A stretch of 55,548 bases of DNA from a virus (Duplodnaviria; Caudoviricetes). The notes below the pieces were generated by a model. It saw only the letters and a list, made by a program, of their open reading frames with translations, had not been told where the DNA came from and did no database searches. Of this stretch, positions 1-9,200 are shown piece after piece. A program made the translations under genes and the position numbers. The stretch's first letter is position 1, and every line of letters starts with the position of its first letter. Location of the stretch: positions 1 through 55,548 of the IMG/VR virus record IMGVR_UViG_3300038466_000036; one strand, written 5' to 3'.

Positions 1-99
1 TCGGGAGACGCAGGAAGAAAACCAGACTTCCGGTAAAAATCAAGATCGGGAGACGCAGGAAGAAAACCAGACTTCCGGTAAAAATCAAGATCGGGAGAC
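1..99 (+). repeat. 45-bp in-frame tandem repeat (2 perfect copies plus a 9-bp partial copy), encoding RETQEENQTSGKNQD
   Basis: tcgggagacgcaggaagaaaaccagacttccggtaaaaatcaaga at 1-45 and 46-90, then tcgggagac. Confidence 0.95.
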
Positions 100-904
100 T
101 ATCACGGTATTAAAAATTACAGATAATGATACTAAAAAAATCCATTATGTATCTAACCCTAACCCAAAAGATATAGAACCGCGAAATCCAGATGCTGACG
201 ATAATACTGCGAAGTTTGCTGAAGATATTATGAAAAAAGCAAGAATGGTTTGGAATAGCAATTCGATTCAGAGGGGGAGTTTACCCGGAGATATCGTAGA
301 GACTATCGGTAGTTTATTAGATATAAAACTCCCATGGAACGAAATATATGAAAATTCTATAGTCTTTAACAGTACAAACATGACTCGTCGATCATGGATA
401 TATCCAGATATCTACATGAGGACAATTAAATCTCCAGGTGTATTCTATGGATCGGAACCAGCATATTTGTTAACATTTATAGATACGTCTGGAAGTATTT
501 CTACAGATGCTCTCAAGATATTTATAAGTATTACATGTAAAGCAACATCCTATTATAATAAAATAGGAATAGTTATGCATGATATGACGATTAAAAATCC
601 TGTCTTCTGGTTTGACCAGTCGCCAGATGAGATGGAAGTGTTCGAAACGATTAGGAACGTCATGGGACGGGGAGGAACTTCCCATTTAGAATGTTTCGAT
701 TTCGTAGAAACCATCACTGAAGAAAAACAGATAAGTATGGTAACGTTCTTAACAGATTACTATTCCGATGTGGAAGAAATATATCGAAATTATACATGGT
801 TCCAAGAAATCCCAACGACATGGTTGATATCAGGGTCTTTAATCATACCAACGTTTGTTCGTAGAACAGATCCAACATGGATCCATAAAGTAACTCATTT
901 GTAA
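2..904 (+). CDS. VWA-like domain protein (DUF2201-type), 5'-truncated by the window edge
   Basis: The frame of ORF 230..904 is open back to base 2 (RETQEENQTSGKNQD...FAEDIMKK). It has MIDAS-like motifs IDTSGSIS, GRGGTS and FLTD. Confidence 0.75.
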   Translation, partial: RETQEENQTSGKNQDRETQEENQTSGKNQDRETITVLKITDNDTKKIHYVSNPNPKDIEPRNPDADDNTAKFAEDIMKKARMVWNSNSIQRGSLPGDIVETIGSLLDIKLPWNEIYENSIVFNSTNMTRRSWIYPDIYMRTIKSPGVFYGSEPAYLLTFIDTSGSISTDALKIFISITCKATSYYNKIGIVMHDMTIKNPVFWFDQSPDEMEVFETIRNVMGRGGTSHLECFDFVETITEEKQISMVTFLTDYYSDVEEIYRNYTWFQEIPTTWLISGSLIIPTFVRRTDPTWIHKVTHL

Positions 905-920
905 ACAATAGGAAATACGA

Positions 921-1340
921 ATGTTTGGCAGCGCCCTACCGGAACTACACCCTATCGATTCGGATAAAGACTCGAATTTTTACAACCTGCTCATTACAAA
1001 TCCGGATTCCGGCGAAGTGGATTCATTAATCCAATATACCGATGAAGAAAGAAATGCCGCGATCTCGCAACAAATGGCTCTAAAATTATCTAATGATGAA
1101 GACCGGGAAAAAATTCCTACGCCCGATTTTGAGAACGCCTTAGAAGGGGCGATTTTCTCGGTATTCAGATATGCATGTTCCTCAAAAGGAAATCGCCTAT
1201 ATACGTATTTACTAAGAACGAACGAGGCAATAGATCCTAGAGACCCGAAGGATCTCGAAGTATTTAAAAAGATAACCAAAAAACTCGGATATGCTGGACT
1301 CAAACAATTCTACCACATGCCGGAACTACCGGCAGACTAA
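921..1340 (+). CDS. hypothetical protein
   Basis: 139-aa ORF, closely packed after the previous gene, with AGGA upstream. Confidence 0.7.
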   Translation: MFGSALPELHPIDSDKDSNFYNLLITNPDSGEVDSLIQYTDEERNAAISQQMALKLSNDEDREKIPTPDFENALEGAIFSVFRYACSSKGNRLYTYLLRTNEAIDPRDPKDLEVFKKITKKLGYAGLKQFYHMPELPAD

Positions 1341-1357
1341 ACAGGGAGTAACTAAAT

Positions 1358-1534
1358 ATGGACTTCGGTAAAATTCTGGAATCGCTAAAATCAATAATTG
1401 GAGAAATTGCTATTCATATTGACAGTAAAAGTAAAGATTGCAGTATCCAATCGGAAGCCGTATCGTTTAGCGGACAAGGTAGCAAGATTAACGTATCTGT
1501 CGATACAGATATATTCAGAAAGAAATTCAATTAA
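1358..1534 (+). CDS. small hypothetical protein (58 aa, MDFGKILESLK...), not in the ORF track
   Basis: GGGAG Shine-Dalgarno upstream of the ATG at 1358. The stop overlaps the next start (TAATG at 1532-1536). Confidence 0.75.
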   Translation: MDFGKILESLKSIIGEIAIHIDSKSKDCSIQSEAVSFSGQGSKINVSVDTDIFRKKFN

Positions 1535-1872
1535 TGAAAAACGTTCAGCCTGACTATGACGGAGGCGGAATAGACTTCCAGTCGTTGACAGGATCGAACG
1601 TATCTCAAAAAGAAAAACCGGAGAGGGATATTAATAAAGATTTAGCGAACTTTGTGGGAAATCGTGTCTATGATATTGCGATTTGTCACATGCCTCATGG
1701 GTTGGCCCAAGTCGCGTGTTACGCGACTTACCTCTTAACCTTAAAAGTAGGAGGAGAGTTTATGGGTAGCAAGGGCCAGAAAAGGGAACTCAAAGAGAGG
1801 ACGACACAAACCCCTAACGTCTCATTAACCACAACAATAGAACAGTTCAACACAACCTGTTCTACACTATAG
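1534..1872 (+). CDS. hypothetical protein
   Basis: 112-aa ORF translationally coupled through TAATG and followed by a hairpin. Confidence 0.6.
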   Translation: MKNVQPDYDGGGIDFQSLTGSNVSQKEKPERDINKDLANFVGNRVYDIAICHMPHGLAQVACYATYLLTLKVGGEFMGSKGQKRELKERTTQTPNVSLTTTIEQFNTTCSTL

Positions 1873-1881
1873 TCATTTTCC

Positions 1882-1906
1882 GGGAGAGGGGGATATCCCC
1901 CCTCCC
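1882..1906 (+). terminator. G-run/C-run hairpin, putative terminator
   Basis: gggagagggggatatcccccctccc directly after the plus-strand gene cluster. Confidence 0.5.
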
Positions 1907-1947
1907 TATTATTGACATTTTTTTATCAAAATCCAAAAGTAGTTTTG

Positions 1948-1960
1948 GGACAAATTATAA
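1948..1960 (+). promoter_or_regulatory. putative late promoter motif GGACAAATTATAA
   Basis: One of 7 intergenic copies, each oriented toward a likely structural gene. This one is 40 nt upstream of ORF 2001. Confidence 0.65.
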
Positions 1961-2000
1961 ACAAAAAGATACTTGGTTTAATTAATGAAAGGTATATAAT

Positions 2001-3311
2001 ATGTCGGGCAACATTCCAAATAGTAAAAGAGCACTGTATTTCATAACCTGTAAAATTGGAAAATATGATTATACAAAAAATTTACAGCGGGTACGTATCG
2101 TCGGTTCTCTGGCATCTTTATATCATGTATTATTGTTAGAACTTATGATAGAGGGTGAACACTTAGCCAATAGAGAAGATTTTGGTCAGACTGATGTGCG
2201 GCTATCGATAATAAATACACACGATCCGAACGATGTAGGCAATGTTATAAATATGGATCTTTTAGTTATTCATATGAAAAATTTAGGTTTAAAACGAAAA
2301 CCTCAACAGTCGATAAATCAAGATAAAACTTTCTCATCTCCCGAAAAAATATTATTATGTTGTGTACCTAAAAAGAGCTTTGTGAACATGACCACTATGG
2401 TCAATAAATGTTTCCAAGAAGGATTTAGAAAAATACCATCAGAGACAGATCCGAATAAAAAAGTGGATGCTCATACTATAGATATGTTTAAAAAAGTAGT
2501 ATCAGAATTCTTAACAGATATGGATTATAATATAAGTACAAAAGATAAAAATACGAATCTTATACCGAGGACATTTAATATATCCAGAATGAATTTTTCC
2601 AACTTTGTTAGATATTTGGACGGGGATGAATTGGGTGGATTATATAATTCACCCGCTATTATTTTTCATGGTCTTTCTCAATTTTATGTTAATAGTATGA
2701 AGCATGCTATATCACAAGCTCCTGATTTTATTGTTCATTTACTGGCAGCCCCAATGGATGCCACGACAGAGCAAAAGATTATATCCAGATCAACAAGAAA
2801 CGAAAACGAGTTTTATACAAAGATGAATATTATAACAAAAAACAAGGGGTCGTCAAACACCGCAAACTGTGGAGGAAAAAAAGTTGTAACTGTTTTACCT
2901 ACTGACACATTGTATTCCAGATTATACATAGAAGCCGATAAATTAATGGATACAAATGTTCCAAGGGCGGCAAAAAAGTCTTTAGATTATGTTTCAGAAG
3001 TTATAAAAAATATGGAATCCTATGAGTTTACTCCTGGATATGAATTATCTGATAATTTTATGCGTAATAAAATGGCTAAATATTTGGCTAATATATCCGA
3101 AATTCAAATAAAACTTACAAGAAATTTAGTATTAAATAAACTAATAGATCCTGGAAAATGTATGGAATTAAAAACATATTCTGAAGATTATAGTTTATAT
3201 CAAGGTAATTATATAGTAGCCGCCGTAAATATAGAATTAAGACGACAAGAATCCGAATTGTATATGTGCTCTTGTGACATCCGTGCCGTTCGATCAAACA
3301 TCCTAATTTAA
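2001..3311 (+). CDS. putative baseplate hub / tail protein (gp27/GpD-like)
   Basis: 436 aa. The C-terminal YQGNYIVAAVNIEL resembles the end of hub proteins, and the gene follows the structural-gene promoter motif. Confidence 0.45.
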   Translation: MSGNIPNSKRALYFITCKIGKYDYTKNLQRVRIVGSLASLYHVLLLELMIEGEHLANREDFGQTDVRLSIINTHDPNDVGNVINMDLLVIHMKNLGLKRKPQQSINQDKTFSSPEKILLCCVPKKSFVNMTTMVNKCFQEGFRKIPSETDPNKKVDAHTIDMFKKVVSEFLTDMDYNISTKDKNTNLIPRTFNISRMNFSNFVRYLDGDELGGLYNSPAIIFHGLSQFYVNSMKHAISQAPDFIVHLLAAPMDATTEQKIISRSTRNENEFYTKMNIITKNKGSSNTANCGGKKVVTVLPTDTLYSRLYIEADKLMDTNVPRAAKKSLDYVSEVIKNMESYEFTPGYELSDNFMRNKMAKYLANISEIQIKLTRNLVLNKLIDPGKCMELKTYSEDYSLYQGNYIVAAVNIELRRQESELYMCSCDIRAVRSNILI

Positions 3312-3333
3312 CGAAAGGTTTTTCAAAGCAGCA

Positions 3334-3528
3334 ATGAGTTCAGAATTCGACTACATAGATAATTTGATTTCTTCTCTCGGTACTAAATTAATCGATAAAC
3401 TATCCAAAGAAGACTCTGTTAATAAGGCGTTGGATTTAAAATCTAACCCGTTCAAGAATAAAAAATCGGGGAAGAAGAAATCAAAACAACGATTCAAAAA
3501 CGAGAAAAATACATTTTATGATAATTAA
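3334..3528 (+). CDS. small basic hypothetical protein
   Basis: 64-aa ORF with a Lys-rich C-terminus. Confidence 0.55.
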   Translation: MSSEFDYIDNLISSLGTKLIDKLSKEDSVNKALDLKSNPFKNKKSGKKKSKQRFKNEKNTFYDN

Positions 3529-3529
3529 C

Positions 3530-3543
3530 TATATATATTAAAT
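3530..3543 (+). promoter_or_regulatory. putative early promoter motif TATATATATTAAAT
   Basis: One of 6 exact intergenic copies, all on the plus strand. Confidence 0.6.
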
Positions 3544-3620
3544 ATTAGCGTGTCGTTGTAAGGGAGTTGGACGCGCCATCGAAAACCCTCCCTTAACCCA
3601 TTGCCAATCAGGAGGTGAAA

Positions 3621-3686
3621 ATGGGACAAATTTTATGCGGCATTATCCTGTTGATAATTGCCGCCGTAACCGGGGGGGATGCCTAA
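3621..3686 (+). CDS. 21-aa hydrophobic micropeptide MGQILCGIILLIIAAVTGGDA
   Basis: Strong SD AGGAGGTGA just upstream of the ATG, its own promoter motif upstream and a hairpin over the stop. Confidence 0.55.
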   Translation: MGQILCGIILLIIAAVTGGDA

Positions 3687-3698
3687 TCCCCCCCGGTT
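3668..3698 (+). terminator. hairpin AACCGGGGGGGAT/ATCCCCCCCGGTT
   Basis: Inverted repeat spanning the stop codon of the micropeptide. Confidence 0.55.
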
Positions 3699-3701
3699 AC
3701 G

Positions 3702-3747
3702 AAAAAAATCCCCATACCGCAGTTGTTCGCGGTATGGGGATTTTTTT
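3702..3747. terminator. bidirectional intrinsic terminator
   Basis: aaaaaaatccccataccgc-N8-gcggtatggggattttttt, between convergent units. Confidence 0.85.
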
Positions 3748-3750
3748 AAG

Positions 3751-6246
3751 TTATAAACCATTTTGTTGTAGAGTAGTTAAAACGTCATTAAGATCTGATA
3801 TAGCGTCTTCTAAATGATTAACTTTTAATTGCACATTATCTATAAGTGACTGTATATCATTCGCGATTAAAACGGCTGTAGGATCCAGTGCTAAATAATC
3901 TATAATATATTGGTCGAGAACAGATATTCTCGCGATCGAATTATTTTTTTTGGTCGTAATATAACTGGTTAATGTTTCTAAAATATCCGATGTTAAATTC
4001 ATACTAATCGCTCCAAGCATGTCGCTTATACAGTAGCAAATCTTAAATCTGTCATACGTGAGATTCGTTACAGTGTTTAGAGAATCTTTTGTAGCAGATG
4101 AAAAATTGTTCCATAATAATGTAGCATGGGAAGGCGTATTATTCGTTTTTAACGTTCTGCTTCCTTCCACATCCGTATTTGTTACCAGAATGTTACTCGC
4201 TCCCTCATAGTACGTATCTCCAAGACTATCAACCGTAGTGGAAAGAATTATTTCGCCACCAGACATCTCGACCCTGCATCCCATAATCCCTTCTATTAAG
4301 TTGTTAATTTCTTCCGCTCCGCCATCTAATGCGACCTGAATATATGGTTCGATTCCCTTGGCTACATCCAACACATTCTTTATCATATTTCTATCCATAC
4401 CATTCTTATATATTCCTATCTGCCCTTTTCTTAATGCGTATCCTATATTTGATGGAGATGTACCATTCAAATATGACATCATTACAGAAGGTAAAGCGTT
4501 CTTGGAATTCAATGGTAAATTAGTAATTTTAGATATAAAAGATAAAACATTTGTTCTTATCTCTTCGGTATATCTACCATCAATAGCTTTAGTGATTGAT
4601 GTGTTTAGAAAATCGAGTCCGGATAGTAAAAAACAATCCCTTATTTCACGTATTGCATGTAGAGCAAGAATTTCCGCAAGCTCTATTCGATCGTTTTCGT
4701 CTGGGATATTAGTATTATTCAAAATATCTTGTATGGTCGATTCTATAGACGGATTATCTATTGTCCATTGCACAAGATCTTCATGGAGAGGATTTGTTTC
4801 GTTGTTTAGAATACCCGTATTTAATCTGTAACTAACAGCCGGGCCGGTTATTGTTCCAAATACAGATGGTAAAGAACTAGACATGTCGGCATTCGATGCT
4901 AATAGAATAGTATCTCTTGCAGTATTTATAACGTTTCCCAATTCCTGGGAAGTGGTTTGTTGTGTATCTAAGACAGAAGCGGTTTCTTTATCTGTGCCGC
5001 TTACACGAGGTTCAGGAACAGGATTTGTTTCGGACTGTCTACCGGCAACCGACGATTCACCTCTAAGCGTTTCAGGTGGTGGGGGATCGTCTGTATATAA
5101 ATTTGTTAAATCTATACTCGGGTCGTCTAATAAATTTTGTATATATTTAGACGCAGTATGTCTATCCGGGGAGTTCTCAATATGCGGAGTCATTACACCA
5201 TAAATCTCTCCAAAGGTCATTCGAACATCAACGATACCCGGATGGTGCTTGAAAGATAAATCGTTTGTATCTCCACCCTTAATAACTTCTATACTCTGGA
5301 CATATCCGGCAGGTATTTCCCATAATCCGGTACAATATGCGCGTATTAAAACCGGATGATTATAGGTAAGTCCTGCTCCTTCATCTTTTCTCGGGAGAAC
5401 AAACGCCAATAACTTGATCAATGGAGCTAAAATATATTTACAATAAGACGTTTCATTTCCTGCAAATGGATTATATAATCTACATGTAATAGAATGGGAT
5501 GTGGAAAAAGCAGACCCTCTCCAAATCGATGGAAAATCTACCTTGGAGCCGGACAATAAATTAGTAAGACCGGCGGTTCCCATTGACCTTCCAAGAGCGC
5601 CCACCAGCACTTCATAAATCTCCGCCTGTTTTTGTTTAACTTCCAATCCTACTTGCGCAACAGCCCCGGCAACTGTTCCTAAAACTCCAGAAGTGCCTGC
5701 GCCGAGCCGGTTTTGTAACGCCTGATATGCCTCAGAGCCGCTCTTAGCCCCCGTTAAAAACCGCAGATCATTTATATTTCCCTGCCCTATTCCGGAAAGC
5801 ATTTCCTCCAGAAACGACGGGCCGTAATCCTGACTAAACGATTCTGACGGCGGTCCTTCGTTTAGGTGGGCTACATGTATGGCTCTTAATTCTGTTTGCC
5901 CCGCCTTAATTCTTAATTTCGCCAATTCCGGATTAGTAGCTTCATCTGGAACACATTGCATAACAGTCTTATTATACTCTTTTATACCCGTCGCCGAATC
6001 GAGGGTATAGATATGCAGTCCGTCTGCCGCCTCGTTCTGGGTCGGCATGGCCGGAATAATAGTGACTACTGGAAACGACGCCCTGACTAATCTATTATTA
6101 ATATTTCCAGGGTATCCAAATTCTACAAGGGGAGGTAATCCTATAATATCCTGAGCGGTTCCTTTTGGAGTGCTGGACATCGTAACATTTGTCGCTTTTG
6201 TCGTCTCTGTTCCGAACACGGGAAATCTCATTGGTTCGCTTGCCAT
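3751..6246 (-). CDS. putative baseplate / tail-tube-initiator structural protein
   Basis: 831 aa, immediately downstream of the tape-measure-like gene. Region FPSIWRGSAFSTSHSITCRLYNP...YVQSIEVIKGG resembles tube-fold baseplate proteins of large myophages. Confidence 0.45.
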   Translation of the reverse strand: MASEPMRFPVFGTETTKATNVTMSSTPKGTAQDIIGLPPLVEFGYPGNINNRLVRASFPVVTIIPAMPTQNEAADGLHIYTLDSATGIKEYNKTVMQCVPDEATNPELAKLRIKAGQTELRAIHVAHLNEGPPSESFSQDYGPSFLEEMLSGIGQGNINDLRFLTGAKSGSEAYQALQNRLGAGTSGVLGTVAGAVAQVGLEVKQKQAEIYEVLVGALGRSMGTAGLTNLLSGSKVDFPSIWRGSAFSTSHSITCRLYNPFAGNETSYCKYILAPLIKLLAFVLPRKDEGAGLTYNHPVLIRAYCTGLWEIPAGYVQSIEVIKGGDTNDLSFKHHPGIVDVRMTFGEIYGVMTPHIENSPDRHTASKYIQNLLDDPSIDLTNLYTDDPPPPETLRGESSVAGRQSETNPVPEPRVSGTDKETASVLDTQQTTSQELGNVINTARDTILLASNADMSSSLPSVFGTITGPAVSYRLNTGILNNETNPLHEDLVQWTIDNPSIESTIQDILNNTNIPDENDRIELAEILALHAIREIRDCFLLSGLDFLNTSITKAIDGRYTEEIRTNVLSFISKITNLPLNSKNALPSVMMSYLNGTSPSNIGYALRKGQIGIYKNGMDRNMIKNVLDVAKGIEPYIQVALDGGAEEINNLIEGIMGCRVEMSGGEIILSTTVDSLGDTYYEGASNILVTNTDVEGSRTLKTNNTPSHATLLWNNFSSATKDSLNTVTNLTYDRFKICYCISDMLGAISMNLTSDILETLTSYITTKKNNSIARISVLDQYIIDYLALDPTAVLIANDIQSLIDNVQLKVNHLEDAISDLNDVLTTLQQNGL

Positions 6247-6269
6247 ATTCTCTCTCCCCTGTTTAGTTG

Positions 6270-9200
6270 TTATGCAAATTCAGCATAAAATAGTTTATCC
6301 AATTTAATATCAATATCATCATATGTTCCGCCGTTATTAGATTGTCTATTAGTATTAGCCATCGAAGGAATATTGGCAGAATTTACATTCATATTCGACA
6401 TATTAATCATATTTATAAGTTGTTGTCCTCCATCATTAAGTTGTTGTATCGCGTCTCTCGTTAATCCATTCATCTGTGCCTCGTGCGATTTATCCGCGAC
6501 AAACTTATTAACAATATCGGTTTTTGTGATAATGGGAGTAGAATCTCCCGATGATTCCACAATTTTATTAGATGATAATGAAGGAGTTGAAGTGGACTGT
6601 ATAGCGGATGTGTTGATGGTAGGATTAGTTGTATTAACTCCAGGTTTCTTTTCAAATCCAAGGCCATATCCAGCGAACCACGCCTCTGGATCTATTGCTT
6701 TGCCATCTTTGAGTATTTCCAAGTGCAGATGGGCAGCCGTCCTACTCTTATCTATCATTCCAGCATTACCGGAAAGACCAAGCAACTGACCGGCACTAAC
6801 ACGATCACCTTTATTCACAATAATACTATCCATATGTATATATCTTGCTTTTGTACCATCTGCCTGATCTACAACCAAAGTGTTGTGTGTACCACCACCG
6901 GCTCGGCTAACAACGCCACCCATAACAGCATAAATCTGTTGACCTTTGTACGCACGAACATCGACGCCCTGATGTATCCCGCGCCCCTGCGGTCTAATCC
7001 TTGTTTCACCAATACCAGAGGTTATAAGTTTTGTCTCTGTTGGATATGCAATATTAAATCCATTGGAAGTATATACTGTATTTGCGGTTTTCCGACCATT
7101 CGAATAAACCGCTGATTTTGCAGGAGCCGCAGTGCTTCCAGTAGCCGCCGGAAGAGTATTTTTAGCTCTATTTATTTTAGATATATAAAAAGAGAATTCT
7201 TTTGCAATCTGCGTGCCTCGTTCCGCCGGATCAACCGCCATTACTGATCCGCCTTTGCCCGCATGATGTCCGCCAGAAGATATATATTGATAGTAATGAG
7301 ATTCAATCTCTTGCGGGGTCATATTTATAAATAGTTTTTTATTCTTTAATAATTCTTCTTCCATCGCAGCAGTGAATATATTTTCATCCCCTTGACTACT
7401 TATCGATGATATCAGACCTCTTTCTTTGTTTATCTTCATGTTTGGAAGCTTCGCTAATGCTGTATATATTCTCCTCTGATCTGTGTCTTCACCGGCGGTC
7501 CTTAACGCTCCTACATATGCGGCGGTTGCTTTTGATGTGACTTGTTCTGCTTTTTTCTGCTCTCTGTCCTGTGAATCAACACCAAGACTTCCGAGAATAC
7601 CACCCGCCGCAGTTCCCAATAGCGGGATTAAAATAGGCCATAGTTTGGACACAAATCCACCGATGGGCGGTCCTATGGTCGACATTCCACCCGTCATCGT
7701 ATTAAACAACATTTTAATCGGTCCTAACAAATCAAATCCCAATACTTTTCTTACATCCTGAAATCTACGTTTTCCTTTTGTTTTTATTTTTATATTCTTT
7801 ACTCCGGGTGTATCATATGATGCAAGTTTCAGTATCTGGAATGTCTTGGTTCCTATTTCCCATTGTTCATCAGCCATTTGTTGCAGATATGCAAACGGGC
7901 CTTCTCCACTCTTGGAATTTCCACCACCAAGATCAAGCTTAACGGGAAGAAATCCATTCTTGAGCGGGATATGCGCTTCGGGGGCCTCGGATATAGCAAG
8001 TCTTCCTCCGGTACTTACTGAACCCGGAGGATCATCGTGTACACCACCGGTTCCTTTCTTCTTTAATATACCGCCAAGGGCACCCAGTCCTTTCGAACCA
8101 AGCATTTTTACACCGGATAAAACATCATGCGCTTGAGAAGCAACAGCGGACGCTGTTTTCCGGTAAGAACCCCTCATCTCGTCCCAAAGTCCGGAAGGTC
8201 CGCCCATTTTCTTAATAGATTTTAATCCCTTACCTATAGTATTCAGCATACCTGGACTATTTTTATCAAAGCTATAAATAGGACCTATAAATTTCTTACC
8301 AGCTTCTTTAAATCTACCTTCTTTTGGACCATACTGACCGCCCCACTGGAACTGTTGTCTGAGACCGACATGTTCAGCGGGTTTAGGTAATCCACCAAAA
8401 GAAAAAGATCTTTTACCACCAGATCCTTTTGTTATTCCTCCAATCTTAAGCATATCTCTTCTTGATGACGGACCTTTTACTAATGTCCATAATCCGCTCG
8501 CGGTTGATCCTATTGCGTTCATAAAGAAAAACAATTTCTGCATCATCAAATCAACACCAGAATCAACAACTTCTGCCGCTCCTGGAGTCAGGTATTCCTT
8601 AGTCGCCTCTCTAACTATGTCTCTTGCAGAATCAAATAAAGCCATATCTTTTCTGCTTATACCAAGAACATTATAAAATAAAAGATCTCCGCCCATTCTA
8701 CCAAAAGCCTTAACCGGTTTGTTATAAACAGCACTCGCCCCGGCTTTAACTTTATTCCAGGCTCCGGTCTTCCCTTCCATCTTGCCTTTATAATGAGATT
8801 TAATATCAAAAAAAGAATCAAAGAAAGATATCATTTTTTTATGGAAAGGAAATAGTAACTTATTGAACATCGCATTCGTAAAATGAACAGACGATTTCCG
8901 TATCCACATAGGAATCATATTTTTCATTATACCAAAAAATGATTTTTTATCATCGGTGTCGGTCAGCTTGGTGTTAAATTCATTTAACGTACCACTCATC
9001 TTATCAACTATTCTCGGAAACCATCCCGTTTTTTCATCGGTTAACAATCCACGGGTTTTACCGAATATACCTTTCTTATTCTCCGGATCAAACTCTCTTT
9101 TAAGATCGTCCTGAACGGTATTCATTACACCAATAAGCCCGGATTTAGACTTGGACGATCTTATATTCTCATATGTAGATTTAGCACCTTCATATACGTT

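Noticed and set aside
3635-3817. 60-aa plus-strand ORF
   Set aside because: Reads through two hairpins and into the convergent gene. The SD spacing fits the ATG at 3621 instead.
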